A DNA stretch of 64,000 nt from Opitutus sp. GAS368 (GCA_943372705.1 CALRZR010000009.1:2644-66643), one strand, 5' to 3'; positions 34,753-45,075 are shown, counted from the stretch's first letter. A program made the numbers and translations. Notes: generated by a model not told the origin, from the sequence alone.

Positions 34753-35895
34753 ATGAAACCCCTGAAACGTCGGTTCGTGAGCTTGGTGTGCGCGTGGTTG
34801 GCGATCTGGGCGGGCGCGGCGGCATTGCCGGTGCGCGCGGCAGAGGTGGCCGTGAAAAACGGTGAGCGGCGGTTGCTCTATGTTGCGGTGCCGGGCATCC
34901 GGAACTACCTCGAGCGCGGCGGGCACGGCGTGCTGGTGTTCGATATCGACCGCGGGCACACGTTCGTGAAACGCATCCCGGCGCGCGGGCTCAATCCGAC
35001 CGACGGCAAGCCGCTCAACGTCAAGGGTGTGGTGGCGAGTGCCGCGACGGGCCGGCTCTACGTGAGCACGCTGCGGTTCGTGACCTGTTTCGATGTGCTC
35101 ACCGACAAAATCGTGTGGGAGAAATCCTACGAGGGCGGCTGCGACCGCATGGCGCTCTCGCCCGACGGGAAGACGATGTATTTGCCCTCGCTCGAGAAGG
35201 ATCACTGGCACGTCGTCGATGCGCTTAGCGGCGACATCATCAAGCGAATCGACATCAAGGCGGGGGCGCACAACACGCTCTACGGGCCCAACGGCACGCG
35301 GGCCTATCTTGCGGGACTGAAATCGCCGATGCTGCGCGTGGCCGATACGGCGACGCACACGATCGTGAAGGAAGTCGGACCGTTTGGTTCGGCGATCCGG
35401 CCGTTTACGATCAATGGGCGGCAGACGCTCGCGTTTGTGAACGTGAACGGACTGCTCGGTTTCGAAGTGGGCGATCTCGTGACGGGACAGAAATTGCACC
35501 GGGTGGAAGTGGCGGGTTTCAAACCGGGCGTGCCGAAACGCCATGGGTGTCCGAGTCACGGCATCGGCCTCACGCCCGACGAAAAAGAAGTGTGGGTGTG
35601 CGACGCGGCAAACCAGCGGATGCACCTTTTTGACACGACGGTGATGCCGCCGAAACAGGTCGCCAGCATCCTCGTGCGCGACGATCCGGGTTGGATCACG
35701 TTCAGCCTCGATGGAAAGTTTGCGTATCCCTCGACGGGTGAGGTGATCGACGTGGCGACGCGGAAGATCGTGACCACGCTGAGGGACGAAAACGGGACGA
35801 TCGCCGAGAGCGAGAAGATCGTGGAGATCGACTTCGCGGGAGGAAAACCAGTGCGCGCGGGCGATCAGTTCGGCATCGGGCGGGTGCTGCGATAG
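34753..35895 (+). CDS. secreted beta-propeller repeat protein (YncE/YVTN-like)
   Basis: ATG at residue 43 of ORF 34627..35895. Signal peptide MKPLKRRFVSLVCAWLAIWAGAAALPVRA. Repeated blade-like segments (LYVAVPG, LYVSTL, MALSPDGKTMY, GIGLTPDEKEVWV). Confidence 0.75.
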   Translation: MKPLKRRFVSLVCAWLAIWAGAAALPVRAAEVAVKNGERRLLYVAVPGIRNYLERGGHGVLVFDIDRGHTFVKRIPARGLNPTDGKPLNVKGVVASAATGRLYVSTLRFVTCFDVLTDKIVWEKSYEGGCDRMALSPDGKTMYLPSLEKDHWHVVDALSGDIIKRIDIKAGAHNTLYGPNGTRAYLAGLKSPMLRVADTATHTIVKEVGPFGSAIRPFTINGRQTLAFVNVNGLLGFEVGDLVTGQKLHRVEVAGFKPGVPKRHGCPSHGIGLTPDEKEVWVCDAANQRMHLFDTTVMPPKQVASILVRDDPGWITFSLDGKFAYPSTGEVIDVATRKIVTTLRDENGTIAESEKIVEIDFAGGKPVRAGDQFGIGRVLR

Positions 35896-35902
35896 GCGGC
35901 GG

Positions 35903-37090
35903 TCAGGCGACGAGTGCACGCAAACCGTGCACGAGGCGGCCGATGCCCTCGGTGGCGGTGTCGGGGGCGAGGGCGCCGTAGGCGACGCGGAGCGGGCAGC
36001 CGTGCGTGAGGCCGAAGGCGCTGCCGGGGATCACGGCGACGCGGTGTTCGCGCACGAGACGTTCGACGAGGGCGAGCGGCGCGAGGTCTGAGCGCACGCG
36101 GAGAAAAAAGTAGAACGCGCCGTCGGCGGGCGGGATTTCGCAGAGGCCGTCGGCCACGAGCGGAGCGAGCGCGGATTGCACGGTGGTGCGCACGGCGGCG
36201 ATGGCGCGAAGTTTTTCGCGGACGTAGGGCGCGCCGCCACCGACGGAGGGGTCGAGCGCGCCGATGGCGACGTGTTGGGAAATCACGGGCGGACAGATGA
36301 CGACGGTGTCCTGGATCTTGCGCATCGCGGTTTCGAGGGCGGCGGGGTAAACCATCCAGCCGATGCGCCAGCTCGCGAAGCCGTAGGATTTCGAAAGCGA
36401 GAAAAGCGAAATGGTGTGGGCGGCGGCGCCGGGGATCGAAGCGGGGGAGAAGTGGGTGACTCGGTCGTAGGTGAAATATTCGTAGGCCTCGTCGTTAATG
36501 TGAAAAATGCCGTGCTCGGCGCAGAGGGCGTTGACGGCGCGGAGCGTGGCGGCGGGGTAGACGGCGCCGGTGGGATTGTTGGGCGAGACGGTGAGGATCG
36601 CGCGTGTGCGCGGGGTGATCGCGGCGCGCAGGGCGGCGAGGTCGAGCTGGTGATTGGAGTCGGTCGGCACGAGCACGGGACGGCAGTTGGCCATCGTGAC
36701 GGCCATCTCGTGGTTGAAGTAATACGGCGTCGGCAGAATGAACTCGTCGCCGGGATCGGCGATCGCGAGCACAGCGTTGAGGAAGGCTTGGTTGCCGCCG
36801 GCGGTGACCATCGTGCGATTGCCGTGGGCGGCGCCGACGCGCACGCCGTTTTCGGCGGAAAGCTTTTGTTCGAGGGCGTCGACGAGTGCGGGGATGCCGA
36901 CGACGGGTTGGTATTTGTGGTTCGACGGCTCGGCGAGGAAGCGCGCGATCTGCTCCAGCGCGGCGGGCGGCGGGCCGTAGTTCACCACGCCTTGGCCGAG
37001 GGAGATCGTGCCGGGGTGGGTGCGAATGAGGTCGGCTACGACGGGGATGATCGGCGACTGGACGGCCGCGAGGCGGCGGGATTCGGACAT
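35903..37090 (-). CDS. pyridoxal-phosphate-dependent aminotransferase (class I/II)
   Basis: ATG at residue 55 of ORF 35903..37252 (MSESRRLAAVQSPIIPVV...). PLP-lysine context SLSKSYGFASWRIG. Confidence 0.85.
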   Translation of the reverse strand: MSESRRLAAVQSPIIPVVADLIRTHPGTISLGQGVVNYGPPPAALEQIARFLAEPSNHKYQPVVGIPALVDALEQKLSAENGVRVGAAHGNRTMVTAGGNQAFLNAVLAIADPGDEFILPTPYYFNHEMAVTMANCRPVLVPTDSNHQLDLAALRAAITPRTRAILTVSPNNPTGAVYPAATLRAVNALCAEHGIFHINDEAYEYFTYDRVTHFSPASIPGAAAHTISLFSLSKSYGFASWRIGWMVYPAALETAMRKIQDTVVICPPVISQHVAIGALDPSVGGGAPYVREKLRAIAAVRTTVQSALAPLVADGLCEIPPADGAFYFFLRVRSDLAPLALVERLVREHRVAVIPGSAFGLTHGCPLRVAYGALAPDTATEGIGRLVHGLRALVA

Positions 37091-37116
37091 GGAGAGGGAT
37101 TGTGGGGAGAGAGAGA

Positions 37117-37818
37117 CTACTTGGAAAACGTCCGCGGCTTCGAGGTGACGGGTTGCGGGAAGGGCACGCCCCAGAGAGTCGGATGATCTTGCGGGGCGCG
37201 GTCGGCGTCGGGCGCGAGGTGTTTGAAGAAATCGTCGAAGCGCAGGCTGCACTGGAGACGGCGCTGGGTTTTCGAGTCGATCTTCGGATTCACGATGATG
37301 ACAGATTGGGTGAAGGGCGGGGCGTTTTTGATTTTCTGCGCGGCAGCGCGGGCTTCGGCGGGTGAGAGTGATTTGTCTTTGATGACGGCGTCGAGGCGCT
37401 CGAGGTCGGCGAGGGTGACGGGGCCCCAGAGTTTTTCCCAGGTGGCGGGATCGATGCGGGGAGCGATGAGATTAACGAAGTGCTTTTCGTCGCCGTCTTG
37501 TCGCCAGAAACCGACTACGAGAATGAAGGGCTCGGTGATTTTGCGTTGGCGAAGGGCGTCGCCGAGGTCGACGGGCGTGCCGTATTTCGCGGCCTTGGGA
37601 TTCACGGGAATGCCGCCGAAACGTTTGTTGGCGGAGGCGGGGATGTCCCATTTCTGCGTGTAGCGGGAGGGTTGGTAGCCGTCGAAAAACGTGTCGCGCA
37701 CCCACTGTTCAAGGACGAGGCCGTGTTGCTGGACTTCCTGCGCGGAGGCGACGGCGAGCGTCGCGACGAGGATGGCGGCGCGGAGGAATCGCGAGAACGG
37801 GTTTCGACGCAACCTCAT
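37117..37818 (-). CDS. secreted hypothetical protein
   Basis: ATG at 37818 (MRLRRNPFSRFLRAAILVATLAVASAQE...) forms an ATGA overlap with the stop of the upstream gene. 233 aa. The N-terminal 224 aa of ORF 37117..38490 are Arg/Pro-rich shadow sequence. Confidence 0.7.
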   Translation of the reverse strand: MRLRRNPFSRFLRAAILVATLAVASAQEVQQHGLVLEQWVRDTFFDGYQPSRYTQKWDIPASANKRFGGIPVNPKAAKYGTPVDLGDALRQRKITEPFILVVGFWRQDGDEKHFVNLIAPRIDPATWEKLWGPVTLADLERLDAVIKDKSLSPAEARAAAQKIKNAPPFTQSVIIVNPKIDSKTQRRLQCSLRFDDFFKHLAPDADRAPQDHPTLWGVPFPQPVTSKPRTFSK

Positions 37819-38816
37819 GGCCGAAGGGCGAGGAGCGCGCGGGCGTCGGCCTCGGGATCGGCAGACGTGCGGCGGGCGAGCACGTAACGATTGGTGGCGG
37901 ACGTGGTGTCGCCGACGCGAAGGGTTTTCAACGGTCCGACGGTTTCGTGCTCCACGTAGGGGACGGGGTCGGCGTTGCCGTAGAATTCGGCGATGCAGCC
38001 GCCGTCGGGATAGGTCGCGCCGGGGACGCGGTCGGCGGAGATTTTCAGCAGGTGTTTGGAACCCACCCAGACGAGGTCGGTGGCATCGTTGCCGACTTTG
38101 TAGGATTTGGCGGGCAGGCGCACGAGGCGGAGCAGATCGCCGCGGCGTTCGCTCGCGCCCGGCGGGGCAGGCCATTGCGGGGCGAGGCCGGTGGGGAATT
38201 TTGAATCGGTGGGAACCGGAAGAAACGACGCGATGGGTTCGCGGAGTTGGGTGATGATCCAGACGGAGACGTCGAGCGGAGGGCCGGAGATCTTTTCGTA
38301 GGTGGTCGCGATGCGCATCGCGGGCGCGGCGGCGTCGAGCGTGATGCGTCGCACCGTGCGCAGGCCGAAGCGCAGACTGGTAGGCGAGGTGAGCGTGACG
38401 GAACGATCGGCGTTGATGGTCGCGGTGAGCGGGGAGGCGTCGAATACATCGGGTGGCGGCCACTTCCAATCGGACTGGGGCGCAGGCCACGTTTTATCGC
38501 CGCCGAAACTGCCGACCGCGACTTTCCACGGATCGACGGGCATGGGGCGGCCGAGGAGTTTTTCGTTTTCCCAAAACGGGCCGTCGGGTTCGCCGATGAA
38601 GCGGAACTGCATGACGCGGCCGATGGAGGGCACGATGACGACTTCGACGAGGCGATTGCGGAGGACAACGGCATCGGTCCAGCCGTGGTGGGACTGGCCG
38701 GTGAGGGCCGTGACGGGCGCACCCGCGGTGAGCGCTTGGGCGGCGAGGCCGCGGACGGCGACGGTTGGGGCGAGAAGGGTGAACGCCAGCAGCGTGAGCA
38801 GGGGGGGGACGCGCAT
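37815..38816 (-). CDS. secreted beta-sandwich protein, tentatively DUF4380/aldose-epimerase-like
   Basis: ATG at residue 45 of ORF 37815..38948 (MRVPPLLTLLAFTLLAPTVAV...). Family assignment comes from general resemblance only. Confidence 0.65.
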   Translation of the reverse strand: MRVPPLLTLLAFTLLAPTVAVRGLAAQALTAGAPVTALTGQSHHGWTDAVVLRNRLVEVVIVPSIGRVMQFRFIGEPDGPFWENEKLLGRPMPVDPWKVAVGSFGGDKTWPAPQSDWKWPPPDVFDASPLTATINADRSVTLTSPTSLRFGLRTVRRITLDAAAPAMRIATTYEKISGPPLDVSVWIITQLREPIASFLPVPTDSKFPTGLAPQWPAPPGASERRGDLLRLVRLPAKSYKVGNDATDLVWVGSKHLLKISADRVPGATYPDGGCIAEFYGNADPVPYVEHETVGPLKTLRVGDTTSATNRYVLARRTSADPEADARALLALRP

Positions 38817-38983
38817 GGCGGGAGGTTGGGCGGGCGCGGGGGCGGGCACAAGGCCGGGGGCGCGGGGGCGGAAATTTCGCGGACTCGACGTGAGCGGGGG
38901 CGGCGTGCAGTTTCCTGAGCAAGTCAACGGACGCGCAGTCTCCGCCAATCGGCGGTGAGCGCGGACCGGCGATTAACCCCACT

Positions 38984-40321
38984 ATGTCATCCATGAACCG
39001 TCGCCATTTCCTCAAGGCCGCGGCCGTCACCGGAACAGGACTTACGATCCTGCGGAGCGGCACGCTGTTTGGTCAGAATACCCCGAACAAAAAACTCAAC
39101 GTCGCGCTCATCGGTGTGTGGGGGCGCGGACTGGCCCACTACGCGGGCCTTGCGAATGAAAACGTGGTTGCGCTGTGCGATGTGAACGAAGCGCGTTTCC
39201 CGGAAGCGCTGAAGAAATTTCCCGGTGCGAAGACCTACGTCGACTGGAGGAAATGTCTCGAGCAAAAGGACGTCGAGGCTGTGGTCATCTGCACGGCGGA
39301 CCACTCGCACGCGCACGTCGCGATGTGGGCGATGAACCGCGGGATGCACGTCTACTGCGAAAAACCGATCGGCATGAGCGTCGACGAGTGTCGCGTGCTG
39401 CGCGCGAAATATCTCGGGATGAAGAACAAGATCGCGACGCAGGCGGGCACGCAGCGGCACGCGAATCCGAATTTCGCGCGCGTGCGCGAGCTCATCAAGG
39501 ATGGTGCGGTCGGCGATTTGCAGGGCGTGTTTGCCTGGGGTAACCGCAAGCTCCCGCGTCCCGGATATTTGCCGGCCGAGGGCACACCGCCGAAGGACTT
39601 CAATTACGATCTGTGGATCGGGCCGTCGCCGTATCATCCCTACAACCCGGGATATTTTTCCGGCGGGCCCGGGGCGAATTGTCTGCAGTGGAATATGTAT
39701 TGGGACTTCGGCACCGGCCAGGTCGGCGACATGGGGAACCACACGATGGACCTCGCGTGGAATGCGATCGACGCCGGGCACCCGACCTCGATCGAGGCGA
39801 AGGGCGACGCGTTTAATCCCGATGTGACGCCGGTGGAACTCACGGCGCATTTCAACCATCCGGCCAACGACTGGCGCCCGGCGATCCGCGTGAGCTGGTA
39901 TCAGGGCGGGGCGCTGCCGACGCCGCCGAAACCGTGGATCGATCTGAACAAGATCGGGCATGGCGTGATGTTCAAGGGCTCGAAGGGCGTGCTCGTGGCG
40001 GATTTCAACACGCGCATGTTGATCCCGGCGGCCGATTCGTCGGACCTCACCTATTACAAAGTGCGCAAACCGTCCGAGGTGACACCGCCGATGGGCAACT
40101 TCCAGGAGGAGTGGTTCAAAGCGTGTAAGGGAAATCTGAAGACTTCGTGCAACTTCGACTACAACGGACTCATGACCGAGCAGATGGCGCTCGGGCTCGT
40201 CGCGTATCGGGCGGGCAAGAAACTCGAATACGACGGCAAGGCCGGTAAAGTGACGAACAGCCCGGAGGCGAATGCGCTGCTGAAGCGCGAGTATCGCGCG
40301 GGGTGGCCGTTGAACGGCTGA
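38984..40321 (+). CDS. Gfo/Idh/MocA-family oxidoreductase with Tat signal
   Basis: 445-aa ORF. Leader MSSMNRRHFLKAAAVTGTGL. Rossmann LNVALIGVWGRG. VYCEKPIG motif. Confidence 0.85.
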   Translation: MSSMNRRHFLKAAAVTGTGLTILRSGTLFGQNTPNKKLNVALIGVWGRGLAHYAGLANENVVALCDVNEARFPEALKKFPGAKTYVDWRKCLEQKDVEAVVICTADHSHAHVAMWAMNRGMHVYCEKPIGMSVDECRVLRAKYLGMKNKIATQAGTQRHANPNFARVRELIKDGAVGDLQGVFAWGNRKLPRPGYLPAEGTPPKDFNYDLWIGPSPYHPYNPGYFSGGPGANCLQWNMYWDFGTGQVGDMGNHTMDLAWNAIDAGHPTSIEAKGDAFNPDVTPVELTAHFNHPANDWRPAIRVSWYQGGALPTPPKPWIDLNKIGHGVMFKGSKGVLVADFNTRMLIPAADSSDLTYYKVRKPSEVTPPMGNFQEEWFKACKGNLKTSCNFDYNGLMTEQMALGLVAYRAGKKLEYDGKAGKVTNSPEANALLKREYRAGWPLNG

Positions 40322-40355
40322 GTCGATCAGGCGATTGCGCCGGAATTTGAAAACG

Positions 40356-40384
40356 TGGCGGCCGGAAACGGCCGCCATTTTTAT
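40356..40384. terminator. bidirectional intrinsic terminator between convergent genes
   Basis: tggcggccg-gaaa-cggccgcca followed by tttttattt. Overlaps the stop codon of the - strand gene ending at 40381. Confidence 0.7.
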
Positions 40385-42735
40385 TTCCGACCGCGGACGA
40401 GGTAGCCGAGCGGGGCGACGGTTTCGCCGGTGGGCAGAGCGTGAGGGGTGGGACCGAAGTTGACGGTGACGGCGATGCCGTTGGCGTAAGTTGTCTCCTG
40501 CACGTCGCGGTTCGGGGTGAGGAAGCGGTGATCGGTCATCTCGGCGGTGGCGACGTCGCGCACGATCGCGCTCGTGTGGCGGTAGCTTTGGGCGAAGCGC
40601 TCCTTGTGTTCGGTCCAAAATTTCCGGTCGAACATGAACATGGGCGGCACACCGTAGAGGACGTTGAAGAGGTCGCGTTTGTCCCAGAGAGCGGGGAGCT
40701 TGTTGTTGTAGTCGCCCCAATACCAGTAGGAGACGGTGCAGTCGTGGAAGACGAGTTCCCAGAGCGGGAGGCGGTAGGTGTGGCCGAGCTGAAATTTCGC
40801 GACGCGCTCGGGGACGTCGTTCCAGATTTCCTGCATGCGGCGGCCGGCGTCGGGCACGCGGTAGGGCCCGAGGCTCATCATGCCTTCGAAGAAATGGAGA
40901 TAGGGAACGGAGGCGTCGTGGCCGGTCTCGCAGCCGGTGACGAGGCGGTTGTCCTCCGAGACGTAGCGGAGGAGATCCATTTTCGCCTGCTTGCTTTGCG
41001 TGCGCGTCATCGGGTGCGCGGGGTCGTAGCATTCGTTCCACGGGGCGGCGGTGGTGGTGTCGATGAAGCGGCCGAGGTATTGGTGCGTGGCGAGTTCGCC
41101 GGGGATGCGCTCGCGAGCGTAGGCGACGGCTCGGAGATCGCAGATCACGCCGCAGGGAATCATCGCGCCGTCTTTCGCAGTGACGCCCCAGCCGGGCAGG
41201 TGGCGACCGGTGGCGTCGGTGATGATGTCCTTGGGCCAGGCGGCGGTGGTCCAGTCGGGGTGGATCGTGCGGAGCCGCGTGAAATTCGCCGGGTCCATCA
41301 CGTCCTGATAAATATCGTAGCGGCTGGTGAGGACACCGAGCGCGTTCATGGCGGCGATGCCCTCGGGGTTTTGGCGGTTGCTCCAGAGGATGCGTTCGAT
41401 GCCGGCGGCACGCATTTCGCCGAGAATGCCGAGGGCGTCGCGGTCCCACGACCAGACATTCACGGCGCCGAGAAGGCGGTCGACGTGGGGGTTGGCGCGG
41501 CGTTTTTCTTCGAGGGTTTTGAGGAGGCCGAGTTGCTGGGCGTGGGCGCGGTAGCGTTTCGCGATGGCGACGTGGCCGCCGTGTTCGAAAAACGCGTAGC
41601 GCACGCGGCGCTCGTAGCCGAACTGGCCGCGCTGTGCTTCCCAGGCGGGGGAGATGGCGAGTTTTTGGTCGAGACGGTCCACGCGGATGGAGGCATCGTC
41701 GGGAGTTTCGAGGATGGCCATCTGGCCCCGGTCGCCATCGGTGAGGCCCCAGAAGGCCATGCAGATGCCGTGACCGCCGTAGGCGATGAGTCGCATCGAC
41801 GGGATGCTCGGGTCGTCGACGGGGTAGGAAATGCCCTCGTTCATCGGGATGACAAGGTAGTCGCCTTTCTCGCCGGCGAAGGGCTGGGGAAACACGAGGG
41901 TCGACGGCAGCGGACCCTCGGCGGAAAGGGCGACGGTGAACTCGGGGCGGTCGGCGTCGAGTTGGAGACGGGCGGTGAGGTCGAGGCCGGACGCGGCATG
42001 ATAGAGCGCGAGATCGAGGCGGTTGCCGACGACGACGGCGGTCTTGAGGATCGTATCGTGATTCAGGTTGCGCTGCGTCCAACGACGGGACGAGCGGCGG
42101 TCGACGACGTCGAAGGTGCCGTCGGCGGTGTGGAGCGTGATATCGAGCGCGGCGTTCGAGAGGCGCAGGGCGGCCGGGAAATTTTTCGGGCGGAGGGCGA
42201 AGACGTTGGCCTTTTTGACGATGGCGGTGTCGTCGATCCAGGCGACCAGACTGCCGCCGCCGAGGAAGCGCGGCTGGATGGCGGTGACGCCGGGCGGGAT
42301 GACAAAACGGGCAACGAGCTGCTGCCACTCGGGTGTCGTGCGCGTGCTGCGCGAGCCGAAAGACCAACTGATGACTTTGTGATCCGCGCCCCATGTGGAG
42401 GCGGCGAGGAGCAGATTGCCGGTGCCCTCGATTTTGATCCACGCGGTGAGTTCAATGAGATCGCCGGGGACGACGGGGAGGCGCGTGCCGGTTTCGAAAC
42501 TCCAATCGGCGACGCCGGTGTGAACGATTTTCGCAGCGCTCATGCCGGTGTGCGTGTGCTCGCGGCTGAGCTCGGCCTGACCGGTCTGCGGTTCGCGCGT
42601 GAAGAGGGTTTTCCAGCCGGCGAGACCGGCTTCGAAACCGCCGTTGGGGATGGCAAACTCGGCGGCGACGAGAGCGCGGCAGCCGAGGAAAAACACGGCG
42701 GCGCGAAAGAGAGGGCGGAGGCGCGAAGCGTTCAT
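40381..42735 (-). CDS. secreted putative glycoside hydrolase with N-terminal CBM4/9-like beta-sandwich
   Basis: 784-aa ORF. Signal peptide MNASRLRPLFRAAVFFLGCRALVA. NGGFEAGLAGWK motif typical of CBM_4_9-type modules. Large C-terminal catalytic-sized domain; family not recognised. Confidence 0.75.
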   Translation of the reverse strand: MNASRLRPLFRAAVFFLGCRALVAAEFAIPNGGFEAGLAGWKTLFTREPQTGQAELSREHTHTGMSAAKIVHTGVADWSFETGTRLPVVPGDLIELTAWIKIEGTGNLLLAASTWGADHKVISWSFGSRSTRTTPEWQQLVARFVIPPGVTAIQPRFLGGGSLVAWIDDTAIVKKANVFALRPKNFPAALRLSNAALDITLHTADGTFDVVDRRSSRRWTQRNLNHDTILKTAVVVGNRLDLALYHAASGLDLTARLQLDADRPEFTVALSAEGPLPSTLVFPQPFAGEKGDYLVIPMNEGISYPVDDPSIPSMRLIAYGGHGICMAFWGLTDGDRGQMAILETPDDASIRVDRLDQKLAISPAWEAQRGQFGYERRVRYAFFEHGGHVAIAKRYRAHAQQLGLLKTLEEKRRANPHVDRLLGAVNVWSWDRDALGILGEMRAAGIERILWSNRQNPEGIAAMNALGVLTSRYDIYQDVMDPANFTRLRTIHPDWTTAAWPKDIITDATGRHLPGWGVTAKDGAMIPCGVICDLRAVAYARERIPGELATHQYLGRFIDTTTAAPWNECYDPAHPMTRTQSKQAKMDLLRYVSEDNRLVTGCETGHDASVPYLHFFEGMMSLGPYRVPDAGRRMQEIWNDVPERVAKFQLGHTYRLPLWELVFHDCTVSYWYWGDYNNKLPALWDKRDLFNVLYGVPPMFMFDRKFWTEHKERFAQSYRHTSAIVRDVATAEMTDHRFLTPNRDVQETTYANGIAVTVNFGPTPHALPTGETVAPLGYLVRGRK

Positions 42736-42881
42736 CGTGCCACGAAGTTATCGGCAACGGTCGCGGGGCTCAAGGTTGCGAAACGGGGTGGGAGGGGGCA
42801 GCAGCGCGACGCGCCGGGCGGGAACGGCGGACTAATCAGAGCAGGATTGCACCGCGGCGTGTGGCGGTTTCGCTTGGAGCT

Positions 42882-44291
42882 ATGCGCCACCCCTTTGCCC
42901 TCCTGCTGTTAGCGTGTGTGTTGACGGTTGTGTCGTCGGCCCAACCGGCCGCGAAACCCAATATCATCTTCATCCTCGCCGACGATCTCGGCTACGGAGA
43001 GCTCGGTTCCTACGGACAGAAGCAGATCCGCACGCCCAATCTCGACCGCCTGGCGGCGGAGGGCATGCGCTTCACGCAATTCTACGCGGGCAGCACGGTG
43101 TGCGCGCCGTCGCGCAGCGTGTTGATGACAGGCAAACACCTCGGCCACACCACGGTGCGGGGCAACGCGGGCCGGCTCGGCTACGCGGCGCAAACGTTGC
43201 GGCCGGACGACGTGACGGTGGCGCGCGTGCTGCGCGAGAACGGCTACGCGACGGGCCTTATCGGCAAATGGGGCCTCGGAGAGGCCGACTCGGTGGGCGC
43301 GCCGTGGAAGCAGGGTTTCGACTATTTCTTCGGGTTCATCAACCAGACGCACGCGCACAACCACTACCCGGATTTTCTTTGGAGAAATACGGAGATCGTG
43401 AAGCTGCCGAACGACATCACGGCGTCCGGTCAGGCGCCGGGTGCGGGCTATGCGACGAAGCGGATCGCATATGCGAGCGATCTGTTTTTCGAGGACACGC
43501 GGGCGTTTGTGCAGCGCAACCGGGCGCAGCCCTTCTTCCTGTTTCTCGCGCTGACGACGCCGCACGGGAACAACGAACGCTCGCGCGACCTCGGCGAGGG
43601 CAACGAAGTGCCGGACAACAGCGCTTACGCCGACCGTAGTTGGAACGAGTCGCAGAAAAACCATGCGGCGATGATCACGCGGATGGACGACGGCGTCGGC
43701 GACGTGATGAAATTTCTACGCGAGCAGAAACTCGACGAGAATACGCTGGTGATGTTCTCCAGCGACAACGGGCCGCACCGCGAAGGCGGGCCGAACTACG
43801 ATCCGACGTTTTTCACCGCGAGCGGGCCGTTGCGCGGCATCAAGCGCGCGCTCACCGACGGCGGCATCCGGGTGCCGTTTATCGCGCGTTGGCCCGGGAA
43901 AATCAAAGCGGGCAGCGTGTCGACGCACGTCGGCTACTTCGGCGATCTGATGACGACATGGGCCGAAGTCGCGGGCGCGAAGGCGCCCGGCGGGCTCGAC
44001 AGTCTCAGTCTCGTGCCGACCTTGCTCGGCCGCGGGGAGCAGGCGAAACACGAGTATCTCTACTGGGAATTCTACGAGGGTGGCGTGTCGCAGGCGGTGT
44101 TGATCGGCGGACGCTGGAAAGGCATCCGGCTGAAAACGCAGACCGCGCCGATCGTGCTCTATGATTTGGCGGCGGACCTCGGCGAGCAGACCGATGTGGC
44201 GGCGAAACATCCGGAGATCGTAGCACGCGCGGCGGAAATCATGCGCACAGCGCGGCACGACAACGAGCACTGGAAGCTTTCGGGGAAGTGA
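42882..44291 (+). CDS. sulfatase (formylglycine-dependent, arylsulfatase/GalNAc-6-sulfatase-like)
   Basis: ATG at residue 8 of ORF 42861..44291. Signal peptide. NIIFILADDLGYGELG and the FGly motif CAPSRSVLMTGK. Confidence 0.9.
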   Translation: MRHPFALLLLACVLTVVSSAQPAAKPNIIFILADDLGYGELGSYGQKQIRTPNLDRLAAEGMRFTQFYAGSTVCAPSRSVLMTGKHLGHTTVRGNAGRLGYAAQTLRPDDVTVARVLRENGYATGLIGKWGLGEADSVGAPWKQGFDYFFGFINQTHAHNHYPDFLWRNTEIVKLPNDITASGQAPGAGYATKRIAYASDLFFEDTRAFVQRNRAQPFFLFLALTTPHGNNERSRDLGEGNEVPDNSAYADRSWNESQKNHAAMITRMDDGVGDVMKFLREQKLDENTLVMFSSDNGPHREGGPNYDPTFFTASGPLRGIKRALTDGGIRVPFIARWPGKIKAGSVSTHVGYFGDLMTTWAEVAGAKAPGGLDSLSLVPTLLGRGEQAKHEYLYWEFYEGGVSQAVLIGGRWKGIRLKTQTAPIVLYDLAADLGEQTDVAAKHPEIVARAAEIMRTARHDNEHWKLSGK

Positions 44292-44353
44292 ACCGGTAGA
44301 CCGAGTGGCTGCGCTTGCGCGGGGCGCGAGGCGGCGTTCAACTCGGGGTTCCC

Positions 44354-44950
44354 ATGATCGGTCTCCACGAAGGCAAGGGGTCGCCCCTGAAAAAGAAGCA
44401 GGTCGAGCGCGTGTTTGCGCTGCGGATGCACGTGATCGCGTGCCGCCCGGTGATCTGGCGGCGTCTGCTCGTGCGCGAATCGATGTGGCTCTCACGTCTG
44501 CACGACACGATCCAGGTGGCGTTCGACTGGTTCGATTACCAGACGCATGCGTTCAATCTCGACGATTTGCGTTTCGGCAATCCGCTAAAGCGCGAGGAAC
44601 TCACGATCGAGGACGACCGCGATGTGTCGCTCGCCGATCTCGATCTCGAACACCGCGAACGGTTCACCTACGGCTACCATTTCGGCGAGGGCTGGCAGAT
44701 CGAGATCAAGGTCGAAAAGACCGGGGCGGTGGAGAAGGGACTGTTTTATCCGACGTGCATTGGCGGCGAGCGCGCGGGTCCGCCGGAGGATTGCGGCGGG
44801 ATCGAGGCGTTTCACGACATGCTCGCGTGCATCAAGGAACCGGAGACGGAGCTCGGTCGCGAGTGGCTCGAATGGCTGGGGCCCGACTACAATCCCGAGG
44901 CCTGCGATCTGGAGAAGATCAACAAAGCGCTGAAGAAACTCGGAAAGTAA
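44354..44950 (+). CDS. pRiA4b ORF-3-like family protein
   Basis: ATG at residue 14 of ORF 44315..44950. Pattern VFALRMHVIACRPVIWRRLLVRESMWLSRLHDTIQVAFDWFDYQTHAF...CIGGERAGPPEDCGG is characteristic of the PRiA4_ORF3 domain as I remember it. Confidence 0.75.
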   Translation: MIGLHEGKGSPLKKKQVERVFALRMHVIACRPVIWRRLLVRESMWLSRLHDTIQVAFDWFDYQTHAFNLDDLRFGNPLKREELTIEDDRDVSLADLDLEHRERFTYGYHFGEGWQIEIKVEKTGAVEKGLFYPTCIGGERAGPPEDCGGIEAFHDMLACIKEPETELGREWLEWLGPDYNPEACDLEKINKALKKLGK

Positions 44951-45075
44951 CCCGAATGTTTCCGGCGAGCCGTGGGCAGATGGCCCGGGGGCTGCTAGAA
45001 ACGCGGGGTTCTTTGGCGGTTTCGTGGTCAGTCGGGAGGCCGTGGGCGATGGTAGCCGGCCGCCTCCATCTGATC

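Noticed and set aside
38987-42442. 1151-aa ORF on the - strand, the longest in the track
   Set aside because: It is extremely Arg/Pro/His-rich with no motifs. It runs antisense to the Gfo/Idh/MocA gene (38984..40321) and in an alternative frame of the glycoside-hydrolase-like gene (40381..42735), both of which have clear protein-like sequence. This is a typical high-GC shadow ORF.
44354-44950. pRiA4b-ORF3-like gene considered as the marker of an insertion sequence or transposon
   Set aside because: No transposase, integrase or terminal inverted repeats are visible nearby. The domain itself is not a recombinase. Reported only as a hint of accessory DNA.
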